Shown here: positions 48,707 to 58,578 of the stretch, in pieces
Position numbering within the stretch: position 1 is the first letter of the stretch
Layout: every line of letters begins with the position of its first letter
Assembly (NCBI GenBank): GCA_050174015.1
Contig: JBFXKG010000003.1
Location: 32,001-96,000 of the forward strand
Direction: 5' to 3'
Length of the DNA stretch: 64,000 nt
Source: Candidatus Krumholzibacteriia bacterium
GTDB lineage: Bacteria > Krumholzibacteriota > Krumholzibacteriia > LZORAL124-64-63
The notes under the pieces: model-generated
Database searches by the model: none
What the model saw: only the letters and a program-made list of their open reading frames with translations
Told to the model about the DNA's origin: nothing
Made by a program: the position numbers and the translations under genes

Positions 48707-49654
48707 CTACCGGAAGAGGGCCTTGACGGCTCCCATGCTGGCGGCCTCGTTGGCCACCGCGCCGGTCGTGCTGGAGAAGTCCATCGTGAAGTCGCCGCAG
48801 GAGTCGGTTCCCCAGCTGTCCAAACCCAGGTAGACCCAGATGTCGCTGCCCGAGTTGTTCGTGTAGCTCAGGACCTCGGCATCGCCGGTGAGGGTGTCGT
48901 CGGCGTAGGCCAGGCAGGTGAACGGCTCGGCGCAGGCGTCAAGCAGCCACAGGGCGCCGTCGGCGGTGCTGGTCACCGTGGCGGTGAAGGTGCTGCCGCT
49001 GGGCATGAAGATCTCGTAGTAGTATTCCAGGCCTGCGTGAGTGTAGGCGGCGCAGTCGAGACCGCCGAGCAGGTTCTGGCCGTTGCAGGTGGTGCCCGTG
49101 AAGGAGTTGCCGGTACCCTGGTCGACCAGGGCGCAGAAGTCCACCGGTTCGGGCGGGGTGACCGAGTTGATGGTGAAGTTGAAGTTGCAGGCGGCGCCGC
49201 TGTAGCCGTCGATCACGAAGTAGAAGTCGCCGGAGACGGGCACGTTGGTCACGACTCCGGAATCGGCGACGATCAGGCAGCCCAGGTCCTCGTCGCAGGA
49301 GTCCAGGACGGCCAGGTCCAGGTCGCAGCCGTTGCCCACGACGCTGGCTTCCCACATGGCGGGCTCGGCCAGGAACAGGTGGTAGACGACTTCCCCGCCG
49401 GATTCCAGCCAGGTGGAGCAGCTGTAGTAGTCCACGTTGTTGGGGGCGCCGACGTTGGTCCCGTAGTAGACGTTGTCCAGGGCGATCTCGACGGCGCCCG
49501 AGCAGTCGAGCAGGCCGGTGGCGCTGCTGATGCCGACGTCGTCCTTCATCACCGGGAACTTGCTGGTGGACTGGAGCGCACCGTCGGGAACGCCGGCAAG
49601 GGCGCCGGCGGCCACGAGCGACACGAGGGCCAGGATGATTAGCTTTTTGAACAT
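48707..49654 (-). CDS. Secreted Cys-containing protein with two repeated beta-domains and a C-terminal 'SMGAVKALFR' motif
   Basis: Signal peptide 'MFKKLIILALVSLVAAGALA'; duplicated 'G.E..Y...D..L.LLD.C.E...CL..AD' unit. Confidence 0.82.
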   Translation of the reverse strand: MFKKLIILALVSLVAAGALAGVPDGALQSTSKFPVMKDDVGISSATGLLDCSGAVEIALDNVYYGTNVGAPNNVDYYSCSTWLESGGEVVYHLFLAEPAMWEASVVGNGCDLDLAVLDSCDEDLGCLIVADSGVVTNVPVSGDFYFVIDGYSGAACNFNFTINSVTPPEPVDFCALVDQGTGNSFTGTTCNGQNLLGGLDCAAYTHAGLEYYYEIFMPSGSTFTATVTSTADGALWLLDACAEPFTCLAYADDTLTGDAEVLSYTNNSGSDIWVYLGLDSWGTDSCGDFTMDFSSTTGAVANEAASMGAVKALFR

Positions 49655-49918
49655 GGTAATTCTCCCCTCCTGAGGTGATAGCAGGGCCGGAGGCCTGCAG
49701 GACATGGTGATCTGGACGGGAAGCCACAGAAATTATGGTTCGAATATTCTTCTCCATACTTGCGTACGGACTCCCCATCCCGAAATCAGTCTATCACAGG
49801 ACCAGACCTTAACCAATAATTAATTTATCCAAAAAATCCAATATTGAGCAATATAACATTACATAAAATCAGATCGCCATGACGTGAATCATGGCGATCA
49901 ATTGGACAAGTCCCCCGA

Positions 49919-51601
49919 TTATTTAACGAGAATTCCGGTCCTGGTTGCCTTGCCTTCGGCATGGGACAGAACGAAAAGGTAAATCCCGGATGACTGTTCC
50001 GTGCTCCGTTCATCCCTGCCGTCCCACCGGAGGGCGTGGAATCCGGCCGGCAGGAACCCCGTGTGGATGGTCCGGACGTGGGCGCCCTGGAGGTCGAAGA
50101 CGTCCAGCCGGACCGTCTGCCCGACGTCGAGATCGACGCCCATGGTGGTGGTCGCATTGAACGGACTGGGGTAGGGGGCGGTCAGCTTCAGCGGCGGAGC
50201 CGGGGGAAGGGCGGGGCTTCCCAGGGGCAGCTGGTAGCGGAGGGTCAGGTGATCCTTGCCGGTGCCGGAGCCGTAGGCGTACCCCGTGACGTAAAGGTCG
50301 CCGAAGGGGTCGAGGGCGAGGTCGCGCCCCTCGTCGCTCTGTCCAGCAGGTCCGTCATGCCGAAGGACCCAGAGCTGGTCGCCGGTGTCGGGGTCGTACC
50401 CCACGGTGGCGACGTCCCAGCCCGTACCCGAACCGTCGCTCAGGCCGGTGGCGATCACCACGCCGCCGGGTCCGAGGGCGAGGCGGTTGGCGACGTCATA
50501 CCATCCGGGCGGACCGTCGTAGCCGGGAGCTTCCCAGATGATCGAGCCGTCCGTGCCCGAGAACTTCAGGACCATGAAGTCGTAGTTCCAGAAGGCGTCC
50601 TGGACCCCGGCGACGAGCAGGTTCCCCTGGGCGTCGGCGATCATGTGGCGGGGATTGTCCCCGCCGTGGGCCGGCCCGTCGTAGATGGTGGTCCAGACGG
50701 GGGCGCCGTCGGCGGAACCGTACCTGGCCGCAAGGACGTCGTAGCTGTGGGCGCCGTACCCCTTGTGGCAGACAGCGACGTCGCCGCCGTCGAGGATGGT
50801 CAGCCACCCGCCGGGCGAGGCCAGGTCGGCCACGCCGCCGGTCAGGACTTCCCGCCAGAGCAGGGAACCGTCGGCCGCATCCAGCTTGCGGGTGACGCAG
50901 GCCGCGCCCCCGGATGCGTCGAGGGAGACCCCCGTGACGACCGGATGGCCGTCCGGGCCCACGGCCACATCCCAGGCCACGTCGTCCAGGCCGGACGTCG
51001 TGCCGTGGAAATCGCTCCAGAGGATCCGGCCGGTCACCCCCGCCAGCTTCATGGTCAGCATCTGGATGCCCTCGCCGGGCTTGTTGCCGCGGCCGGCGAT
51101 GACGACGTCGTCCCGGGCGTCGCAGGCCACCGCCAGGGCGGCCTCATCCAGTCCTTCGGAACCTTGGTAGTGCTGAGACCAGAGAACCTCCCCGGTCGCG
51201 CCGTCCAGCTTGAGGACGACGACGTCGTCGCCCTGTCCTCAGCCCACGCAGCCGCGGATGTACCCCGCGACGATCAGCTGGCCCACCGAATCCCAGGTCA
51301 TGTCGGTGACGGCGACATCCTTGTCGTCGTAGCCCTCGTAGCGCCTCTGCCAGATCTCGTGGCCGTCGGTGCGGTCCAGCTTGCGGATGGCCAGATCGAT
51401 GCCGCCGACGCCGTCGGCGGATTCCCCGGCGACCACGGCGTGGCCGGCGGGGTCGCTCAGGATCCGGAATCCGTCGTCGGTGAAAAGGCCACCGCCGTCA
51501 TGGCCGTCCGACCACATGAAGGTGGGCGGTGCGGCCGGAACGGAGGCCGCCGCCATCAGGACCAGGGCGGCCAGGCACCCGCGTGTCGTCAGTCTCCTCA
51601 T
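49919..51601 (-). CDS. Secreted beta-propeller protein with FlgD-Ig domain, probable selenoprotein (CxxU)
   Basis: ORFs 51239..51643 and 49919..51130 are in one frame, joined by TGA at 51239-51241 ('IRGCVG-U-GQGDDVVVLKLDGATGEVLWSQHY'). The propeller repeat continues uninterrupted across the TGA; GGAGG RBS before the ATG at 51601. Confidence 0.72.
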
Positions 51602-51639
51602 CGATTCCTCCTGCCGTTTCCCGGATCGAGTGTCCACGG

Positions 51640-53022
51640 TCATCGGGCCAGGACGATCTTGCCCGCGGCCGGACCGTCGGGGGCCGTCATCACCACGAAG
51701 TAGAGGCCGGCCGGGGCCGGCCGTCCGGAGTCGTCGACGCCCTCCCAGACGAGGCTCCGCCCTCCCGGAGGCAGGAGCCCCCGGAACAGTTTCCGGACGA
51801 GGCGCCCGCGCACGTCGTGGATGTCCACGGCCACGGGAATGGCCTGGTCCGCGCCGGCGTCGAGGCGCAGGGTCGTCCGGGGATTGAAGGGATTGGGGAA
51901 GGCCGCGACCCGGGCGCGCCCTGCGTCGGGGATGCCTTCGGGAGCGGGCGAGGGGCCTCCGACCCAGTCCAGGAAGGCCTGCAGCAGTGCGGCCCGCTCG
52001 GCGGCTGTGGACACGCCTGCAAGGTCGAAGGCGCAGAAGAAGCTGCGCCCCAACCCGTAGGTGCTGCGGACGGCGGCCGGCGTCCCGTCCTCGTAGGTCA
52101 GGCTGACGGTTCCGCCGGCCTCGGCCGTCAGGCGGTCGCAGTCGGTGTTGCTTCCTGAGCCGTCCCCACCCTGGAGACCGCAGGCAAGTCCGCCGGTGAC
52201 CGGATCGCCGGCGGGCCCGACGGCAGACTGGTACGGGGCGCCGTCCCCGACGTAACCCGATCCGAGCACGATGGAGAACCAGGAGGCGGCCATGGCTCCG
52301 TGGAAGGGGCTGGCAGGATCGCAGGCCTCGTAGGCGAGATCCCGGCCGCTCAGGAACAGGGCGCCGCCATGCTGCAGATAGTAGGCGAGGACGGCGCGGT
52401 CGGTGTCGTCCAGGCCGGGCGAACCCTCGCCCGCGAACCAGACCACCCGGGGGAAGAGCGAGATCTCCGCGTTGGCAAGGGACCCCGCCACCTGCCGGGG
52501 CCAGGTCGCATGGGAGAGGCCGGAGCCCGCGAGGGCAGCTTCGTAATAACCGGTGGTTCCCTCATCGCCGGTCACCAGGAGGAGGTCGAGGCCGGACGTG
52601 CCGACGTGGAAGTCCAGGGCGGCGCTCCACCCCGGATCGACCCCGCTGGTGACGGTCATGGTGACCGACCCGCAACCGGCCACCGTTTCCACCTGGACGT
52701 CGAGGTCGACGTTGGTCTCCTCGCCCGGCGCAAGGGTGAAGGTGATCTCCACCACGTGCTCGTTGTAGCAGGTGGCGCCCTCGCACAGGGAGGTGATCCA
52801 TCCCGGGGGTACGGACTTGACGATGTTCAGGGTGCAGGTGTCGGCCGCCGTGCCGGTGTTCCTGACCAGGGTGTGGAAGACCACGAGCCGGCCGAGGTCG
52901 GTGACGACGCCCTGGTCGGCGCAGGTGAAGGACAGCCCGGCGGCGGCATGGCCGGCCACCGGAACCAGGATCAGGGCGAGAACCAGCGGCAGGACGGAAA
53001 CGGATCGGTGGGCCAGCATCAT
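51640..53022 (-). CDS. Secreted protein with an Ig-like N-domain and C-terminal FlgD-Ig domain
   Basis: Signal peptide; 'YLQHGGALFLSGRDL' domain resembling the one in the C25 protein; 'PNPFNP...WEG.DDSG...GLYF'. Confidence 0.8.
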   Translation of the reverse strand: MMLAHRSVSVLPLVLALILVPVAGHAAAGLSFTCADQGVVTDLGRLVVFHTLVRNTGTAADTCTLNIVKSVPPGWITSLCEGATCYNEHVVEITFTLAPGEETNVDLDVQVETVAGCGSVTMTVTSGVDPGWSAALDFHVGTSGLDLLLVTGDEGTTGYYEAALAGSGLSHATWPRQVAGSLANAEISLFPRVVWFAGEGSPGLDDTDRAVLAYYLQHGGALFLSGRDLAYEACDPASPFHGAMAASWFSIVLGSGYVGDGAPYQSAVGPAGDPVTGGLACGLQGGDGSGSNTDCDRLTAEAGGTVSLTYEDGTPAAVRSTYGLGRSFFCAFDLAGVSTAAERAALLQAFLDWVGGPSPAPEGIPDAGRARVAAFPNPFNPRTTLRLDAGADQAIPVAVDIHDVRGRLVRKLFRGLLPPGGRSLVWEGVDDSGRPAPAGLYFVVMTAPDGPAAGKIVLAR

Positions 53023-53427
53023 CGGTCTCCCCTCCTCGAGGCCGGCGCTTTGGATATGGGATTTCCGCGAATCATACCACCAATATTTGCAGAAAGTCAT
53101 GGAAATTTTTCTTGTCATTCTGTGTCGGTGAGCCGGTCTGATTCTCCGTTAGTCCAGCCCCCACGTCATGGATGTGTCTAACATGACTCATTTTATACAA
53201 ATTTTGGTGGTAATAATTCAGATCAAATTGTAATATGCGTCTCAAAAACATCACAATATGCTCAGATTTTTAATAAATGATTTTCCCCTGCACTGGTTCG
53301 ATATGATACCCTTGATTCAATCGGATTCCTGCCTGCTCATCACAGCGCCAAAGGTCGGGCATCCGTGGAGGGGAATCCCGGTATTCCGAGATTCATGAAT
53401 CTATCGATCAGAAGAAAGGACTTCGCA

Positions 53428-56400
53428 ATGCGCAGGACAATGCTTGTTGCTGCCTTCCTGGCGGCCGTGTGCGCAGCAGGATCGGCTCCGGCCGCCGGGA
53501 TCCCCCTGTCCGGGGCGGCGCCGGCGCTGGAGGTGACCCGGGACGCCGGGAACGGCCTGGCCTTCCACGTGGAAGTCGGACGGATCCAGACCCTGGACGT
53601 CGACACCCGCGGAGGGACGTTCACCCGCCTGATCATTCCGGGCTTCCATACCTCCAAGGTCGAAGGGTCTCCCGAGATCCCCATGATGAACCGGCTGATC
53701 TCCATCCCCCTGGGCAGCCGGAGCGAGGTCCGGATCAGCAACGTGGTCACGCGCCGGGTCGCCCTGGCCGACTTCGGGGTCCATCATCCGGTGATGCCGG
53801 CCCAGCCCAGCATGTCCAAGAGCGCGGATCCCGCCCAGGTCGCGTTCATCTACGACACGGCCGCCTACGACAAGGCCATCATCCGCCAGGAACCCGCCCG
53901 GGTCGTGTATCAGGGCCGCCTGCGGGCCATGGACATCGGGCGCCTGGAGATCTCCCCGGTGACCTACTTCCCGGCCACCAACGAGATCGAGATCATCGAA
54001 TCCATGGACGTGGCCGTCGACTTCGTCGGCGCCGACCTCAAGGCCGCCGAGGACCTGATCGCCCGCACCTCCAGCCCCTTCTTCGAACATCTCTACACGG
54101 CGGTCGCGGGGGAGAAGGGCTTCCATGACAGCTATCCCGACCGGGTCGGCGACGTGGTGACCATGGTCGTGGTGACCCCGCCGATGTTCGCCGGCCAGAT
54201 GGCCGACTTCGTCCGGTGGAAGACCGAGCGCGGCTTCAACATGATCCTCGCCGTCACCGGCACCCCCGAGGTCGGGACCACCACCGCCTCCATCCAGGCC
54301 TACCTGCACGGCCTTTACAACAACGCCACGCCGGAGACTCCCGCCCCCAGCTTCGTGCTGTTCGTGGGGGACGTGGCCGAGATGCCGACCTTCTTCGAGG
54401 CCGGCGACGCGACCGACCGCCCCTACTGCGCGGTCGATGCGGACCTGGTTCCGGACATGTACTACGGCCGCTTCAGCGCGACCAACCCCACCCAGCTGCA
54501 GGCCCAGCTGGACAAGACCCTGATGTACGACCAGTTCACCATGCCCGATCCCAGCTACCTGGACGAGGTGACGCTGATCGCCGGGGTGGACAGCGGCTGG
54601 GCCCCGACCCACGGCAACGGCCAGATCAACTACGGGACGACCCACTACTTCAACGCGTCCCACGGCCTGACCAGCAACACCTACCTGTACCCCGCCTCCA
54701 GCGGTCCGGTCGAGGCCGAGATCGTCCAGACCGTCAACGACGGCCTGGCCGTGATCAACTACACCGCCCACGGCAGCGAAACGTCCTGGGCCGATCCTGC
54801 CATGGGCCAGAGCGACGTCAACGGCATGACCAACTCCGGCAAGTACACCCTGGCCATAGGCAACTGCTGCCTGACCTCCACCTACGATTACGGCGAATGC
54901 TTCGGCGAGACCTGGCTGCGAGCCGCGGACAAGGGCGCCATCGGCTACATCGGCGGATCGAACTCCACCTACTGGGACGAGGACTACTGGTGGGGCGTGG
55001 GCTACCACCCGAGCAGCGGGATCGACGGAACCGCCTGGCCCTACGAGTCGACGGGCCTGGGCGCCTACGACGGCCTGTTCCACGATCACGGCGAGGCCGC
55101 CGCGCAGTGGTACGTCACCAACGACGCCCTCATCTTCGCGGGCAACCTGGCGGTGATGGAGTCCGGCTCGAGCCGGACCACCTACTACTGGAACATCTAC
55201 AACCTGCTGGGCGACCCCAGCCTCAGTACGTATCTGGCCCCCGTGGCCAACACCGTCACCCATCAGCCCACGGTCTTCGTCGGCGTGCCCGCCATGACCA
55301 TCGGGGCGGACGTGGGCAGCTACGTCGGTCTGACCCAGAACGGGGTCCTGGTGGGCAGCGGCACCGTCGGCGCCTCGGGCTCGCTCGACGTCACCTTCCT
55401 GGATCTGCTGACCCCGGGCGTGCCCCTGAAGCTCGTCGTCACGGCCCAGAACCGGATCCCCTACGTCGCCGACCTGAACGTCATCGTGCCTGCGACCGTG
55501 ACGATCGATCCGATGGTCATCGACGTGAACACCCCGACCGACATCACCGTGACGGTGATGGACGCCGGGGGCACCGTTCCCCAGCCCGGCATCGACATCT
55601 GGGCCGAGGGCCTGGGATACGGGACCACCCCGGTCGCCACCGACGCCGCCGGCGTCGCGGTGATCAACGTGACGGCCGCCTTCGGCCCCAGCCTGGACAT
55701 CGTGGGCCGGGATCCGGCCGAGACCTATCGGCTGTTCACCGAGCAGGTCGACGTCAACGCCCTGGCCCTGACCGCCTCTGACCTGACGGTGTCCACGGAC
55801 GTCGGTCTGGTCGACGCCTTCGCCCTGAACCTGCCCGGCACGCTCCACGCCGGCCTGGGCGAGACCGGCCACACCCTGTTCGCGCAGATGCCCGGGGGCG
55901 GCGTGCTCAGCACGGCCGACTTCGACCTGATCGCGACTCCTGGTCAGCTGGGAACGGTGACAGGCATCATTGCGGTCAGCGGTTACGACATCTACAGCGA
56001 AACCTTCGACGTCATCGAGGCCTACGGGTCCATCGCGGGCACGGTGACCAGCGGCGGGTCCGCCATGGCCGGGGTCACGGTCACCTGTCTGGACGAGTTC
56101 GGCGGCAGCGTGTTCAGCGTCGTCACCGATGCGGCGGGCGCCTACGCCTCGCCGGAGGACCTCCTGGTGGACGACTACTCCCTGGTGGTCGACCACTTCG
56201 GCTACCTGCACTACGAGCAGGCCGTCTTCGTCAACTACGGCTCCAACACCTTCGCCATCGACCTGGCTGCGGCCCCGAGCGGCGTGTTCAGCGGGACGAT
56301 CATCGACGCGGTGACCTTCGATCCCCTGATCGGGACCATCAAGGTCTACCGGAGCGATACGGGCGAGCTCTACACCGAGACCACCAGCGCCGCCGACGGC

Positions 56401-58452
56401 ACCTTCACCACCTCGTCCCTGCCGTACTTCACCTACAACATCCAGGCGCGGGCCTTCCATCACAAGCCCGTCACCCTGTCGATGGTCATCGAGCAGGCCG
56501 TGACCGTGAAGAACTTCGCCCTCGAGCCCACCAGCGGCGACCTGCTGGTGATCGACGACGGGGCCAAGACCTACTCGCACGAGGCCAAGATGGGCGGCAA
56601 GCGCGGCGACGTGATGATCGAGAAGCCCTACGAGGCCCCTCCCGCCAAGAGCGCGGCCCAGATCGGACTCGATCTCGAGGAGATGGGCTATTACGTGAAG
56701 ATCGAGGGCTCGGACGTCGTCGATCCGGCCACCTTCTGGGATTACGACCTGGTGGTCCTGGCGTGCGGGAACAACACCACCACCCTGGCCAACACCGCGC
56801 TCAAGTCGGCCCTGGTGGACTTCGTCCAGGCCGGGGGGCACGTCCTGCTGGAAGGCGGCGAACTCGGTTACGACCAGTACGGCGACGCCGACTTCGCCAC
56901 CCACGTCATGCACAGCAACGACTGGAACGCCGACAGCGCCGGGAACCTGGGCGTGGCCGACGCTGCGGCCTACATCATGAACCATCCCAACAACACCTGC
57001 GTGCCGCTGGCCTTGACCTACTCGGGCTACGGCGACAGCGACGCCATGCGGCCCCTGCCGGACGCCGCCATGCCCATGAACTGGTCCAGCTACGTGGACG
57101 ACGCCGGCGTCATCACCTACGATCCCAATCCCGCGCCCGAGGGCGGGCAGATCGTGTACTTCTGCTTCAACTACCTGGCGGCGGACCAGGGCCGGTTCCC
57201 CCTGCTGGAGAACGCCGTCCAGTGGTTGCTGACGCCCGAGTACGGCACCAGCTCCATCAGCGGGCAGGCCCTTCTGGTCGGCAGCGGCGACCACTCCGGC
57301 ATCACCATCACCGCCACTCCCAACGGCGGCACCACCACGACGGGCCCCGCGGGGATGTACTCCCTGTCCGGGCTGTACGCCGGCACCTACACCATCACCG
57401 CGGCCAAGGCGGGATGGGGCACCCAGGTGCAGGAAGTCACCCTTGCCGAGGGTCAGGACCTGACGGGGGTGGACTTCGTCCTCACCTCGACCACCGAGGT
57501 CCAGGCCTGCAGCGCTCCCAACGTGCCCATCACCGATTACACCGAGGTCACCGACACCATCGTCGTCTCCCAGAGCGGGACCGTCAGCTCGGTGGAGGTC
57601 TTCGTGGACATGACGCACTCCTGGCGCGGGGACATGATCGTCACCCTGACCTCTCCGGCCGGCACTCCGATCCTCCTGCACAACCGCACCGGCTCAAGCG
57701 CCGACGACCTGTACGGCTGGTATCCCGCCGACCTGGCTCCGGTCGGTGACCTCGGGTCCCTGGCCGGCGAGGAGATGTCGGGCGGCTGGACGCTGGCGGT
57801 CAGCGACAACGCCGGCGGCGACACCGGCAACTTCAACGAGTGGTGCCTGCGGATCATCTACTCCGGCGGCGTGGTCGCGGTCGGGGTGGAGCCCATGGTC
57901 GCCTCGCACGCCTCCGGCGGCACGGAGCTGAGCTGGGAATACGATCCCGCCATCGCCGACGGGTTCAACGTGTACCGCAGGGTGCCCGGCGCCTCGGCCG
58001 AGCGCCTCAACGAGCAGCTGCTGTCCTCCCGGGACGGCGTCATCCGCTTCGTGGATGCGGGCGAGGGCCTGGAGAACGGCCAGACGGTCTTCTACAGCTA
58101 CGCCCTGGTCAACGGAGGGGTGGAGCTCAGCTTCAGCGACGAGCTCGAAGTCGTCTTCAACTCCGGGGTGCCCACGGTGTTCGCCCTGCGCGGCAACTAC
58201 CCGAACCCCTTCAATCCCATGACCACCATCAAGTTCGATCTGCCCAGGACGTCCCACGTCCGCCTGCGGATCTACGATGTGGCCGGCAGGCTGGTCCGGA
58301 CTCTCGTCGACGAGAACCGGTCCGCCGCCACGCACGCCGAGATCTGGGATGGAACCGACGACAGCGGGCGCGGTGTCGCCAGCGGCACCTACTACTACCA
58401 GCTGAGCACCGAATCCCGCACCGCCACCGCCAAGATGCTTCTTTTGAAGTAG
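53428..58452 (+). CDS. Gingipain-like C25 cysteine peptidase (propeptide, C25, carboxypeptidase-regulatory-like repeats, proprotein-convertase P domain, FlgD-Ig)
   Basis: 'WKTERG', 'PDMYYGRFSA', catalytic His 'YTAHGSETSW' and Cys 'GNCCLT', 'YNLLGDPSL'; P-domain 'HSWRGD...L.SP.GT'. Confidence 0.92.
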   Translation: MRRTMLVAAFLAAVCAAGSAPAAGIPLSGAAPALEVTRDAGNGLAFHVEVGRIQTLDVDTRGGTFTRLIIPGFHTSKVEGSPEIPMMNRLISIPLGSRSEVRISNVVTRRVALADFGVHHPVMPAQPSMSKSADPAQVAFIYDTAAYDKAIIRQEPARVVYQGRLRAMDIGRLEISPVTYFPATNEIEIIESMDVAVDFVGADLKAAEDLIARTSSPFFEHLYTAVAGEKGFHDSYPDRVGDVVTMVVVTPPMFAGQMADFVRWKTERGFNMILAVTGTPEVGTTTASIQAYLHGLYNNATPETPAPSFVLFVGDVAEMPTFFEAGDATDRPYCAVDADLVPDMYYGRFSATNPTQLQAQLDKTLMYDQFTMPDPSYLDEVTLIAGVDSGWAPTHGNGQINYGTTHYFNASHGLTSNTYLYPASSGPVEAEIVQTVNDGLAVINYTAHGSETSWADPAMGQSDVNGMTNSGKYTLAIGNCCLTSTYDYGECFGETWLRAADKGAIGYIGGSNSTYWDEDYWWGVGYHPSSGIDGTAWPYESTGLGAYDGLFHDHGEAAAQWYVTNDALIFAGNLAVMESGSSRTTYYWNIYNLLGDPSLSTYLAPVANTVTHQPTVFVGVPAMTIGADVGSYVGLTQNGVLVGSGTVGASGSLDVTFLDLLTPGVPLKLVVTAQNRIPYVADLNVIVPATVTIDPMVIDVNTPTDITVTVMDAGGTVPQPGIDIWAEGLGYGTTPVATDAAGVAVINVTAAFGPSLDIVGRDPAETYRLFTEQVDVNALALTASDLTVSTDVGLVDAFALNLPGTLHAGLGETGHTLFAQMPGGGVLSTADFDLIATPGQLGTVTGIIAVSGYDIYSETFDVIEAYGSIAGTVTSGGSAMAGVTVTCLDEFGGSVFSVVTDAAGAYASPEDLLVDDYSLVVDHFGYLHYEQAVFVNYGSNTFAIDLAAAPSGVFSGTIIDAVTFDPLIGTIKVYRSDTGELYTETTSAADGTFTTSSLPYFTYNIQARAFHHKPVTLSMVIEQAVTVKNFALEPTSGDLLVIDDGAKTYSHEAKMGGKRGDVMIEKPYEAPPAKSAAQIGLDLEEMGYYVKIEGSDVVDPATFWDYDLVVLACGNNTTTLANTALKSALVDFVQAGGHVLLEGGELGYDQYGDADFATHVMHSNDWNADSAGNLGVADAAAYIMNHPNNTCVPLALTYSGYGDSDAMRPLPDAAMPMNWSSYVDDAGVITYDPNPAPEGGQIVYFCFNYLAADQGRFPLLENAVQWLLTPEYGTSSISGQALLVGSGDHSGITITATPNGGTTTTGPAGMYSLSGLYAGTYTITAAKAGWGTQVQEVTLAEGQDLTGVDFVLTSTTEVQACSAPNVPITDYTEVTDTIVVSQSGTVSSVEVFVDMTHSWRGDMIVTLTSPAGTPILLHNRTGSSADDLYGWYPADLAPVGDLGSLAGEEMSGGWTLAVSDNAGGDTGNFNEWCLRIIYSGGVVAVGVEPMVASHASGGTELSWEYDPAIADGFNVYRRVPGASAERLNEQLLSSRDGVIRFVDAGEGLENGQTVFYSYALVNGGVELSFSDELEVVFNSGVPTVFALRGNYPNPFNPMTTIKFDLPRTSHVRLRIYDVAGRLVRTLVDENRSAATHAEIWDGTDDSGRGVASGTYYYQLSTESRTATAKMLLLK

Positions 58453-58465
58453 GCGGCACAACGAG

Positions 58466-58501
58466 GGGCGGCGCCTCTCCAGAGGGGCGCCGCCCGTTTT
58501 C
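58466..58501 (+). terminator. Rho-independent terminator
   Basis: GGGCGGCGCC stem with a downstream TTTT. Confidence 0.65.
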
Positions 58502-58578
58502 GGGGTCGGGATCTTCCCGCCCGCCGTCCGGCCGGTCGGTGGGCGGGTTTATCCCGAGCCATGAATCAGGAGTTTACC

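Noticed and set aside
4908..51601. Alternative genetic code (TGA=Trp/Gly) as the explanation for the in-frame TGAs
   Set aside because: Many genes here end at TGA at their expected C-termini (cas2, brnA, ABC genes, the TonB receptor's terminal Phe), and both read-through cases sit in Cys-redox motifs.
53401..57681. Long antisense or alternative-frame ORFs (e.g. 1426 aa here; 11780..14239 N-part; 29536..31776; 34577..36967; 40191..42497)
   Set aside because: Shadow ORFs expected in high-GC DNA opposite or overlapping well-supported genes; low-complexity Arg/Gly/Pro-rich translations.
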